A DNA stretch of 64,000 nucleotides. Origin: a virus. The notes beneath the pieces were generated by a model. That model did not search any database. It was not told the DNA's origin and saw nothing but the letters and a program-made list of their open reading frames with translations. Made by a program: the position numbers and the translations under genes. This document shows positions 20,101 to 29,200 of the stretch, one piece after another. The first letter of the stretch is position 1; every line of letters starts with the position of its first letter. The stretch spans positions 1 to 64,000 of the IMG/VR virus record IMGVR_UViG_3300025141_000060; one strand, 5' to 3'.

Positions 20101-20685
20101 GGAAGAACAATTAGCGGAAGTGGATAACGCAGAAGTATTTAAAATAGTAGAACTTAAATCCACAGAGGATAATTCAGTTACATAACCTCTAGTCCTAGCC
20201 GCAGCAACACTTGACGCATTACCTAAGGCAGAAGCATTAACATGGGTAACTCCATTCCCTCTTCCCGAATAGATTTTAGCAAAACCTCTATTAATAATCT
20301 CTAAAACACCCGCACCTTCAACCCTGATATCCTTTAATTTTAAACCACCTAAATGACCACTAGCAGCAACTTCAATAAGGGTAGGGGTCCTAATTACCTG
20401 AGGAAGAGAGTCCACAGCATCCTGTAAATTTGTGAAAATATTGCGGTTATTAGGGTCAGCAGTCCCTGAAACAACTAAAGGCATTCCGTTTAAGGAAGAG
20501 GTAAAGTATCCTGTAGCTTTTTCCCAAAGGCCAAAAGTCCTTTCCTCTAGATCGTAGATAGGCTGATTGTCTTGTTCCCAATTGTAAAAAGATTGGCTAT
20601 CAAACTTTGTAACAAAGGGGTTAAAATATTTGTATAGTTCTGTTCCCGCTGAAGCAGAGTAAAGGTCATTTTGATTAAAAGGCAT
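17176..20685 (-). CDS. Tailspike with parallel beta-helix (pectin-lyase-like fold)
   Basis: FTNLQDAVDSLP lead-in helix followed by repeated GI-x-[AL]-xNS rungs (GITVVNS, GLHLINS, GILLENS, GIKATNS, GVELKNS, GITADNS). Confidence 0.75.
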   Translation of the reverse strand: MPFNQNDLYSASAGTELYKYFNPFVTKFDSQSFYNWEQDNQPIYDLEERTFGLWEKATGYFTSSLNGMPLVVSGTADPNNRNIFTNLQDAVDSLPQVIRTPTLIEVAASGHLGGLKLKDIRVEGAGVLEIINRGFAKIYSGRGNGVTHVNASALGNASSVAAARTRGYVTELSSVDLSSTILNTSALSTSANCSSLFVQHYNRTFAQSVNFAGNRSRNSRLYYGFVDVGANSYANFLNTDTQLSATFSFLNYENFSYGATNNVKDGSCSSLDVSSFRQDTEAIIQRSTPATTWDRQMTGVTYANSVSSVLIEDCTGPLYLRGFCVDGVSGGGTVFKNSTYKNDIGITVVNSSPYIENCSVTRNKEVGAKFINSDVKLTRGFVANRNYEVGTDDPGETRNSRKTIGLHLINSRVDARIDPTYASGSDYFFNIQNHDTGILLENSTFVGGQSRPYTTMNDATLAVAYNDVGIKATNSVIDVSGNLDIYNNKIGVELKNSYVSTDRLTVENHTTNGITADNSVIKYNNGLVRRDYSVDKDSNRMAQTFFHRNGCHLNLNNSSEFSPYLDVSTINIPDKFGALRFNDSHGELYGPIPAISVNRSKADLVHARIHTSSLSNTTSGLRGAALKASNSSQVNFMGTVKGATIIVGSPDFGDSENVAGVCAENSSKVSFRGPTSIVQFGTCVLGENDSVVEFVPHKRLDQNLDVTGFNLLNKGNHTSVELHSTGKTCAAVVNNSQLIMENLGSPNTVCAIPNSDFSDSNIAKFVSAGSMQFYPNAALASYATNHIDVNLADVDLDSDVMTAAEHDQLIQPATGGKIAYNYLLTNPFTDSASATIQSTLSTGGMCVQAFGNSIVKANSVHFLTGYTLADGTYFDASSTAGGCNQLRIWNIGDTSKLYASHLAVSAATPSATPYHGPRSTFLSGLSEGGHGFRDWRDGSAIAYGALSSTPDTSTLSVCDRYGLGFNDASAFMTVEMSAINKAYTGDVKDFPHSSFLNKGPFRLFFSVNPMLRYVGYVSATPTNTGIDEFATGDTRPMQHLAQGYNLSGNIGVPSGIHDVTSTNLGLLHYTTRYGYSGQKAEASGYYFPSSVIDPNRGTNVYLDEGAADVFANAKNCAAPPIAGRASPNVSIYKSTTHWGGIGNPGNGGATYGQGAGLKSINMFDLDRSI

Positions 20686-20687
20686 GT

Positions 20688-21275
20688 TTAGAAATTAATA
20701 GTCCACTTAAATAAAAGTGCAAAGTTGCTAGTTTTTTTCAAACCAGTAAAAGGTCGATAAGCTACCAAAATTGGTGCTATAGGTGATACTCCTCTAGGGT
20801 TTCTCAAAAACAACCCAATCTCATCTAGATTAGTATCCAAACCATTAGCTGTATATCTATCTAAAATTAAATTAAATCTAACAGAAGTAGGGGCTACTTT
20901 TTGAATATTAGAAAAGGGGATTCTCACAAAACCCTCAGTGCTTGCTTTGATATCCCTATTTTGTATAGGCATAAGATCTTCAAGTAAAACCTCACTGCCA
21001 GCGGTTAGATATTCAGAGGTAGCTCCTCCTGTTAAAGGGGTATTAAGCTTATAGCTAGAAGTTCCATAATTGTCAGTATCGCCGCCAGTACCTACTTGAA
21101 AATTCAAAATTTGAAAATCAGAGATTGCTCCTGCTCCAGAACCCGCAAAAAGGTGTGAAAGACCTACCCCCATCCCAGAAGTAATTACATTTTTTTCCGA
21201 GAAATGGACTTCCTCAGTCCCATCCTCAAATACTTTTACAACTTCTAAATATCCTTTTGGTTTAAATTTTTCCAT
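20688..21275 (-). CDS. Baseplate/tail-fibre adaptor protein (fibre N-terminal-domain-like)
   Basis: G-x-LEVVKV...NVITSG...ANG...DEIGLF...LVAY...KKTSNFALLFKWTINF, a pattern typical of fibre-attachment domains. Confidence 0.65.
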   Translation of the reverse strand: MEKFKPKGYLEVVKVFEDGTEEVHFSEKNVITSGMGVGLSHLFAGSGAGAISDFQILNFQVGTGGDTDNYGTSSYKLNTPLTGGATSEYLTAGSEVLLEDLMPIQNRDIKASTEGFVRIPFSNIQKVAPTSVRFNLILDRYTANGLDTNLDEIGLFLRNPRGVSPIAPILVAYRPFTGLKKTSNFALLFKWTINF

Positions 21276-24200
21276 TATTCCACTGGGTCATCACCCATAC
21301 TGCCATCAGAAGGCGAACTAAATATAGTGTTAGGTACTACCCTTGTATTATAAAAACGATTAAATCCTTGATGTAACGCATCAAAAATCCTTGCTAAGTT
21401 CCAATAGTGTACACTATTATCTAGTTGTCCACCATTAGCATTGCCATTATTTATACCCCCTTGTGCTACGGGCAATTGAATAGCAGAGACAATTAAAGAA
21501 CTAGCTATATGATTCGCATAAACTCCTTTATTTTCTTCTAAAATAAGATCATTTAGTTCGTACAAATCAACCCCACTAAAATCTACAAAGCTCTGTAGAT
21601 GATACATTTCTTCATACCATTTCCCAAAACCTTGCGTTAAAGCAGTTTGAATTTGATTACCATTTTCATCAAGAACATAATCTCCTGCCGCATCCGTTTC
21701 CCAAACAAGATCACCTACATCATGAGCAAAATTAGATCCCAACCCTACCTTGCCCGAACTAGGTCTTATTAGTTTCCATACACCACCGCTAGTATCGGGA
21801 ATAGCTTCTTTAGATTCTATTGTTATAGCCACATCGGGCGCATCATTAATATTTAAATAATTTATAGTCGGAGTCCATCTAGATGGAATATATCCAATAA
21901 AATCGTCTGGGACTAGTCTCAGTGTCAATGCTTGCCTACGTCTTCTAGGAGTTGTGGGCTGAGGGGTGTATCCACCTCGCATCCCACCCAACATCTCGGG
22001 TGGGCAAAGGACACTGCTTGTAAATGATCCGTGCATTTTTTGATCGCCTGTACTATTACCTATAGGGAAGAAAGCTTCACCCCAAGAATACTGTCTTGCA
22101 TGACTTGAGGCATCGGTTACACCTTTAAGAACATTATAAAAAGAAATCGAATCAGAAGGTATATTAAGAGGGTCTCTCGCAGGCAAAGTCGTCGCCCCTG
22201 CTATATCAGCAATAGTCGCTACAATATCCGTTAAATCAATCATAGCATGCGAGCTTACGCCTGCGGAAACTCCTGCACCACTAACAAACATTGGGACAAG
22301 CATACCTCTGTCATAAAGAGTTGCTTTAAACCCATTTGCGGTGTCGTTTTCTCCTCCCCGTCTAACGGCAGAAGGTGATAACCCAGAGCAATAAGCACCT
22401 AAGTTAAGCATCTTATCGTAAGTGGCCCCTAAACCCCCTGAGCCTGTGTAACTCCCACCCAAACTACTTGCATACCCAAGACCAATAGAAGAGGCATACG
22501 CTGCTCTCCGTCCTATATCAGGGCCTAATGCTCCATTATCGGAAGTTATAATAAAAACTGTATTCGATTTTTTCGTTTCATCCAAACCTTGTAAGAAAGA
22601 ACTTAGAGTTGAATCAAAGTTTTCTAGCATAGCATTAACTGTAACCCAAGTAGAAGACGCTGAATCCGTTGCTCCTACGCCTGCCTCTAATAAGGTATGC
22701 TGATTTATAGAGGACAACCCACTATTATATATGCCTCCTGAAGGGGGCCATGTATACGGAGTGTGTGGTATGTTGGGCGAAACATACATGAAAAAGGGCT
22801 CTTGGGCTGTATTAAAATAAGCACTAGCAGCCGAGAAGATGTAGTTTGTAGTATAAGAACTTGCGTCCCCTTGCCCGTACTCAACCTCGTCCGCAGACTG
22901 CTTAAAGCTTACATAATTGGAGTCAGAAACGGTATAAGTATCAGCAGTGGGAACACCTTCCTTCGTTGGTATCCCTGGTTTGGCGACAAAATAATTAACA
23001 TATCCCATATTTTTACCACCAGTATAGTACGAAGTTGATCCATTGTTAGGCCAATCATCTGGCTCAATAAACGCACCACTATTAGGATTAAGTCCAGGTA
23101 TTGGATCAGCATCCAAATTAGAGAAAGTAGCTAAATAATCATCCCAGTAACCCTTTAAAGCAATGTGTGACCAACCATCACCTTTCCTAGTCGGGCTATT
23201 ATCTTCACAATAAACAATATCATCTTCCCATATAGATAAGTGCCATTTACCAAACATAGCACACTGATAATCAATATCAGGTCTCTTTAAAAAGTTTCCT
23301 ATGACAGGAGTAGTTGTTATAGTATTCACTCCCCCCAATCCGTCCTCAACCTGATTAGTTAAGTTTTCAAGATCTCCGGTCTTATTTAAAAACCTAAACC
23401 CAGAATTCAGGCCCTTTAAACCACCTCGCGTCCTTCTTGCCGAACTTGGGACAATTCCTATCCCAGGACCCCAGAACCCACGACCTGTGCCTCCGAAATT
23501 TTTAGTACTAAAATTATATCTTCCTGTAAGTAAAGCTGCTCTGGTGGGAGCGCAGGCTGGTTGCGCCCTAACATTAAACATTTGCATTCCAGCAGCAGCA
23601 ATTGCACTTAAGGTAGGGGTATAAGGATATAAACTACTTCCATTAACAGGATCATCTAAAACACTAAACGGGGTGGCGGCTGTATGGTTATCATTCTGTA
23701 TTTCGTAAGGATTAATAGCATCGTAGTTTCCTAAATGATCCATCCCTACATCATCTATCATAATAAGAACAACATTCTTTCGATCACCTCCAGGCGTAGT
23801 TTCCGAACTCTCCTCATCTACGATAAACTTTAATTGCCAATCAATAACTAAAGAAAAATCGCTTGTTTTTGTTATTCCTGATCCATCTGCTAACTGTTTA
23901 TATGCCACTAAAACTGATTGATCTTTTTTTATATTAGCCTTTCCATCTCTAATAAATAAACCAAATTCTGTGATAGGCACATTATTCAAATTATTTGCCA
24001 TCTCTTCTGTTAACGTCAATCTATAGTGTACCACTCCATCTATAACTTTAGTGGAATGAGAATCAGGTAAAACGGCAAACACCCCCTCATCATACTGAGT
24101 AGCGAAAGCAGCATCAAAATTTGAAGGATGATACTTGAGAATTTCGTGAGTATTAATCCGAATCTCTGAGTCTTTTCCATAATCATCTTCAAGCATTAAA

Positions 24201-24442
24201 GGATTATTGAGAGTACTTATATATTTTGCTGTGCCTGCTTCAACATGATCATCTGGGTTTAGTCTGCCTAAACCAACTTGAAAATAGCCTACGAGATGAT
24301 CTGAAAGATCAGTGGATCCCGTATCCGTAAAGATGTTGCAAAGCCCAACACCAAGTCCATCGGTAAGAATGTTATGATCTTTACATACACACTCTTCTGT
24401 ACCATCCTTAAAAACTTTAGTAATTTCTACTGATCCTTTCAT
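21275..24442 (-). CDS. Fibre-adaptor domain (aa 1-~207) fused to formylglycine-dependent sulfatase (family S1)
   Basis: N-terminus paralogous to 20688-21275. Then KNVVLIMIDDVG, TPTL, CAPTRAALLTGRY, GKWHL, PFFMYVSPNIPHTP, NTVFIITSDNG, GFKATLYDRGMLVPM, DIVATIADIAG. Confidence 0.9.
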   Translation of the reverse strand: MKGSVEITKVFKDGTEECVCKDHNILTDGLGVGLCNIFTDTGSTDLSDHLVGYFQVGLGRLNPDDHVEAGTAKYISTLNNPLMLEDDYGKDSEIRINTHEILKYHPSNFDAAFATQYDEGVFAVLPDSHSTKVIDGVVHYRLTLTEEMANNLNNVPITEFGLFIRDGKANIKKDQSVLVAYKQLADGSGITKTSDFSLVIDWQLKFIVDEESSETTPGGDRKNVVLIMIDDVGMDHLGNYDAINPYEIQNDNHTAATPFSVLDDPVNGSSLYPYTPTLSAIAAAGMQMFNVRAQPACAPTRAALLTGRYNFSTKNFGGTGRGFWGPGIGIVPSSARRTRGGLKGLNSGFRFLNKTGDLENLTNQVEDGLGGVNTITTTPVIGNFLKRPDIDYQCAMFGKWHLSIWEDDIVYCEDNSPTRKGDGWSHIALKGYWDDYLATFSNLDADPIPGLNPNSGAFIEPDDWPNNGSTSYYTGGKNMGYVNYFVAKPGIPTKEGVPTADTYTVSDSNYVSFKQSADEVEYGQGDASSYTTNYIFSAASAYFNTAQEPFFMYVSPNIPHTPYTWPPSGGIYNSGLSSINQHTLLEAGVGATDSASSTWVTVNAMLENFDSTLSSFLQGLDETKKSNTVFIITSDNGALGPDIGRRAAYASSIGLGYASSLGGSYTGSGGLGATYDKMLNLGAYCSGLSPSAVRRGGENDTANGFKATLYDRGMLVPMFVSGAGVSAGVSSHAMIDLTDIVATIADIAGATTLPARDPLNIPSDSISFYNVLKGVTDASSHARQYSWGEAFFPIGNSTGDQKMHGSFTSSVLCPPEMLGGMRGGYTPQPTTPRRRRQALTLRLVPDDFIGYIPSRWTPTINYLNINDAPDVAITIESKEAIPDTSGGVWKLIRPSSGKVGLGSNFAHDVGDLVWETDAAGDYVLDENGNQIQTALTQGFGKWYEEMYHLQSFVDFSGVDLYELNDLILEENKGVYANHIASSLIVSAIQLPVAQGGINNGNANGGQLDNSVHYWNLARIFDALHQGFNRFYNTRVVPNTIFSSPSDGSMGDDPVE

Positions 24443-26292
24443 ACTGTCCCTATAAAGTTAAGCTTCCAAACAATTGTTAGATCGGAGTACTGGTCCGCCC
24501 CAGCAACGGTCCCCGCATCTTTTATAGCACACAAATTTTTAGTTAAACTCTTTTCTGCAAATAACTTATATACTATTTTATTATAGCCTGCCCCAAATTT
24601 AAGGGGGAAACTTGGTAAGGCTTTTGGTTGTCCATCAAGTCGAGTAGTGGATAAGGTTTTATCTAAATCAAGTGTCCACAAGCCTAACTTATATATACCA
24701 CCATACATATTAGCTAACCCTAAATCACCTGATGATATTGTACAAATACAGGATAATTCACTCCCCCCAATAGCTGAAAAATCAGCGTCTGCTGAGACAA
24801 TTAATCCTGATGCTGGGTCAATAATACGGTTAGGATATATTGGTTTTCCACCTTCATCTACATTAGTAAAAGCAGTCGTTGAAGAGGGCATATACGCTCT
24901 AACAAAGCCATCTCTATCCATAGCTCTTACTGAAGACGAGTTGAAAAAGTTATCGTCCCCTGGGCTTTTTGGATAAGTCCCACTAAAATAAATGCTGCTT
25001 GTGCCACCAGTGGAATTTTCAATCTTTGATAACGACGATAAAATTGCATAATCAGTGCCGCTAGTATGGGGATAACACCCTAAAAATATATCTCCATCAA
25101 GCCCCCCTTCCTCAAAAGTTGGGCGCACACCCGACACTTTTTGGTATTTAGTGGCTCCATAGCTTTCCTCTAACTGCCAACCCCACATAAATAGGCTCCC
25201 ACCAGTAGGAGATCCATTGGAAATATTATACCTAACTTCTACTTGATCGCCATTCACAGTATTTGCATCAGTACCCAACCCTTCTAAATACGCATCCAAT
25301 CTATACCAACCAGTAGAAGACGTTTCGGAAACTACAGGAGTAACACTACCTAGTATACCATTTGTGCCTGTTACAAACTCTGGGGGAATATGCTTTCCTG
25401 CTGTTGAATCCCATAGAGAGAAGGTAGCAATATGGTTAACAGCCGTTCCTGTCTTATCTCTTATGTGCATAGTAAATCCAGAAGTTTCATTACCAAATTC
25501 AGGTTGCTTAATATAAAGACTTAGAGTATGGTCTACATTATCATGAAAACTTGTTTTCCATAAATTAACCGAGGATTGTCTTAGGCTGCCTACCGTGTTG
25601 TATGTCGAACTTACATAATAAGCAGATGTTCCGTAGAAGGGGCCTGTATGCGTTCCCGACAAAGTAGCAGTTGCAACATTAGCAGAAGTCCAGTAAGCTA
25701 AAGGAGGGTCACTCCAAGGACCTTCAGTGTAAGACAGAAGATTTGGGTTACTTTGAGAGCCAAGCCTATTTAAATTATGTCCCACCGCATGGGCTCTACC
25801 TTGCATCAACGTAGCTCCCATGTGATGATATTGACCAGACGCTGCATCTATCGCAGCCATTGTGTCAGGCTCTAATTGCTTATCTGTAGGGTTGGGAGCT
25901 AGACCTGGATCTCTTTTGGGATCGTAAGAGGATGTGGTAGAGGCTATATTTTCATTAACAAGAGACACGGCGCGAACTCTATTATCACTTTTAACGGAGC
26001 TTACATACGAATGATACTTAGAACCCACGCTCGTATAATCCGAGACACTGTGGGGATAAAAATGACCATTATTTCTATAAGCATCAGAGCTTTTACCAAA
26101 TGATATTGCCTTTATGGTAAAGTTTGAAGCGTCTGTAACACCTTTAACAGGTGCTACATTAATAGAAGAGGGGGTTGTTAAAAGAGTACAGATGTTCTCA
26201 GAAGCCCCATCGACCCACAAATTGGATTCTTTATGAACTAGTTTTTGATTATCTGTTGCAAAATTTTGATAAATTTCTACGGTACCAAACAT
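24439..26292 (-). CDS. Fibre-adaptor paralog with inserted carbohydrate-binding-like domain
   Basis: Split adaptor motifs (MFGTVEI...NLWVDG; KLGLW...LFAEK...DLTIVWKLNF) around a CBM-like insert (HTLSLYIK, GWYRL, MWGWQLEE...ATKYQ). Confidence 0.6.
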   Translation of the reverse strand: MFGTVEIYQNFATDNQKLVHKESNLWVDGASENICTLLTTPSSINVAPVKGVTDASNFTIKAISFGKSSDAYRNNGHFYPHSVSDYTSVGSKYHSYVSSVKSDNRVRAVSLVNENIASTTSSYDPKRDPGLAPNPTDKQLEPDTMAAIDAASGQYHHMGATLMQGRAHAVGHNLNRLGSQSNPNLLSYTEGPWSDPPLAYWTSANVATATLSGTHTGPFYGTSAYYVSSTYNTVGSLRQSSVNLWKTSFHDNVDHTLSLYIKQPEFGNETSGFTMHIRDKTGTAVNHIATFSLWDSTAGKHIPPEFVTGTNGILGSVTPVVSETSSTGWYRLDAYLEGLGTDANTVNGDQVEVRYNISNGSPTGGSLFMWGWQLEESYGATKYQKVSGVRPTFEEGGLDGDIFLGCYPHTSGTDYAILSSLSKIENSTGGTSSIYFSGTYPKSPGDDNFFNSSSVRAMDRDGFVRAYMPSSTTAFTNVDEGGKPIYPNRIIDPASGLIVSADADFSAIGGSELSCICTISSGDLGLANMYGGIYKLGLWTLDLDKTLSTTRLDGQPKALPSFPLKFGAGYNKIVYKLFAEKSLTKNLCAIKDAGTVAGADQYSDLTIVWKLNFIGTV

Positions 26293-29200
26293 TTAATTAT
26301 CAACCTCCAACTGAGTATAATTTCCATAAGTTCCATCCTCACCAGTCCCCACGGGGTCTGGGTGATTTCTATAAGAAAGCCTACTTCCACCACTAGCACA
26401 ATGTACAGCAGAAGAATCAGACCAGACACGAGTATTAAATCCCTTCCTTGTTGCTGCTTTCCCTAGTTTATTAAAGTACCTAAATAAATGTAATAAATCA
26501 ATCGGCTCTATAGATTTATACCCTTTCACTGATTTTCCTATATTGGTTCCTTCTATAGACCCCGATAAAGTTAAAACCCGTGCGCTTTCTGGTTCCTGTG
26601 AGAAATTCTCGGGCCTTAAAATCCTCTTACCCAGGCTAAAGTTTATTGGACCTGAATACTCTAACCCACTATTATCGTAAAATTTAATACCTTTATAAAG
26701 ATTGGCCTTAAAAACAGAATAGGGCGCAGATGATTTAACTAAAGTTAGCTTTTTTAAACTCGAAAGATCTTTCTCATAAGTATAGACCTCGTCATTACTA
26801 TCTTTATATAATTTCCTACCTACTAAAACCTCTTCGTTTTCATATATAGTAAGCATATTTGTCTGCGCTGAGTCGTAACTAATTACATTTGCTATTTCTC
26901 CTGTAGCAGCATTGCCTCCATTATTTGAGGGTGTGGGATTAAGTTGGTTGTGCCCTAATCTAAATACACGAGACTGTTCGTATCGCCTAAAATCCCCAGC
27001 CCTAGTTGCAGCATATAATCCATACCCCCAAGTAAGTAGTTTGCAAGGAGTGTGCAGGATAGCTTCTCGCTGATTATTGCCTACTGGAAGGTCTTCAGGG
27101 AGTAACCCATCAAACCTATCGTTATACGCCTGCACAAAACATCTAAGCCCCTTATTTTGTACAGCATCTATTCCTAAGGTGGCATTTCCAGCATTCATCT
27201 CAAATGCATCATAAGGAATAGTTACCCTGACCTTATACCAGGACACTTTATCTGCGTTAGGGTATAGGGTAGTCCAAGGAACAACAATTTCTTCAACAGA
27301 AGCAGCATCATCGCCCGTATAAGAATGTCCGTTGGTTAGAATAGAGCTTGTATAGGCCCCTGCCCCCCAATAGGGAGAGGCAACAGGCTCTCCTAATTTA
27401 AGTACTAATCTTGTGTAACTATTATTACTTCCTATAGGCGCAATCGTGACCATCGCTGATGTGGCATAGTTATCTTGAAAAGATTCGTCTCCCTTAGCTT
27501 TTCCTCTAAGATAAACACAAAAACTATATGGTTGCCCTTGTATTAATTTATTTCGTTCAACATCTCGATAAACGGACAAAGGAGGGAAAGTTATACCTCC
27601 CGCCTCTGAAAAACTATTATATTGTTCGTCCGATACACCCCAAACATTTGTATTAGGGTGAGCGCGGCTTCTTCCAGCCTGGAGTTGGAAGAATGATCTT
27701 GCTGCCCCAACCATCCCTGTTGGGTCTAAAACAGTTGGAAGAAGGGGGTCCACCCCTGCTGGTACATACTCCCAATTATCTTCATCCCCTAACGCATCTA
27801 TATCTAAGAAAACATTATCGGATTCTGTTATAGTAGGTTTAACTCTCTTACTAGTAAAATCTATCTCAATGGGTTCTCCAATAGAAAAACCCACAATCCA
27901 ACCAGAAAAAGGGTTATTACCTGTATAATTTTCTAAATCACTATAAAAGAATCTATCATCTTCTTTAGAATATCCTAATGGATTAGTGTTTCCAGGTAAT
28001 AGTGTATTGAGTTCCAAGAATGTTTTTGGTGTTGAGACCATATGTTGTTCTATGCACGAGTGCCCTGGTCTAGCTAATGCTAATAATGGAGAACCCAACA
28101 AGGACCCTCGCTGGTGTGTATGGAAATAAGGCCAAACCGCTAAACCCCCTCCAAAACCCAAACTGGTTGGGTTTTGGCTGATCTCTTCTCTTTTGCCTTG
28201 AGGTATATAATCTGACCATTGGTTATAGGAGTGGAAGCCCTTTCTGGCTACCCAATAAGCTGTATGAAGATCACCGTCGTTCGCTCCGCCAGGGGCATGA
28301 TTCTCACCAAAACCACTAGGCCATTTTGTCATAGTAGAATTACATATTCCTGTGTATGGAATTTTGCCCATCAATCCATCATCTCCTACATCATCCCCAT
28401 GCTCTGAATAGAAGTTAAGAATCGCCCCACCTGGAAAAAACTCACCGCTATTGGGGTTTCTATAGCTATTCCAGTCAGGTGCTCCAATAACTGTCCACAA
28501 CTCACTAGCGTAACTCATGGGTCCACAATCACCCCCTGGATTCTCACAAACCGCTAAAATATTAGGAAGATCCCCAACAGAGGTTCTAAAGAGATCATAG
28601 GTAAGGTCCCCAGCTATATCTGTACCTACAGTAGTTGAGGATTTGGTTAATGCTAGAGGGCTTCCATCTGGCATACGTAATTCAATCTCCTGTGGAGCAT
28701 CTTGCTGCAAAGTTAAATCAGGAATAACGGCTTCATAAGGTACTTGAGCGGCATCGTTAAGTGTTTTATCTACTAAACTTATGTCATCAAAAACAACAAA
28801 TCTTTTTTCGGAATTTAGGTTGGGATATTGGAATAACTCTAAAATATAATCTTGCGATAGATCTGAATCAAAAATGTTCGCTCTATGAAGTTGAACGTGA
28901 CGCCCGTTATATATGCTGGAAAGCGAGGAATCAGCATTATAATAAGTTCCATACTCAAAAGGAACTGGAGTTTTTTGGTTTTTTGTATGGAACTTAAGCT
29001 TTACGGACTGCTTATCCTCTTCTGTTATATACCTAAGTAGTGTATTATTATCACTGATAACGTCACACTGAGTATCTTGAATCTGTATATTAGTTTCTTC
29101 CTTTCCTAAGAAAGTATGTGTATAGTTATTTAATATATTGGAAATACCTGAAGCAGCATTATTTATATTTGAAACTTTTTCCATCTTCCACTCCCCATTA

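Noticed and set aside
11511-26292. Diversity-generating retroelement or invertible fibre cassette
   Set aside because: No reverse transcriptase, invertase or template/variable repeat pair visible by eye; a self dot-plot would be needed to exclude it fully.
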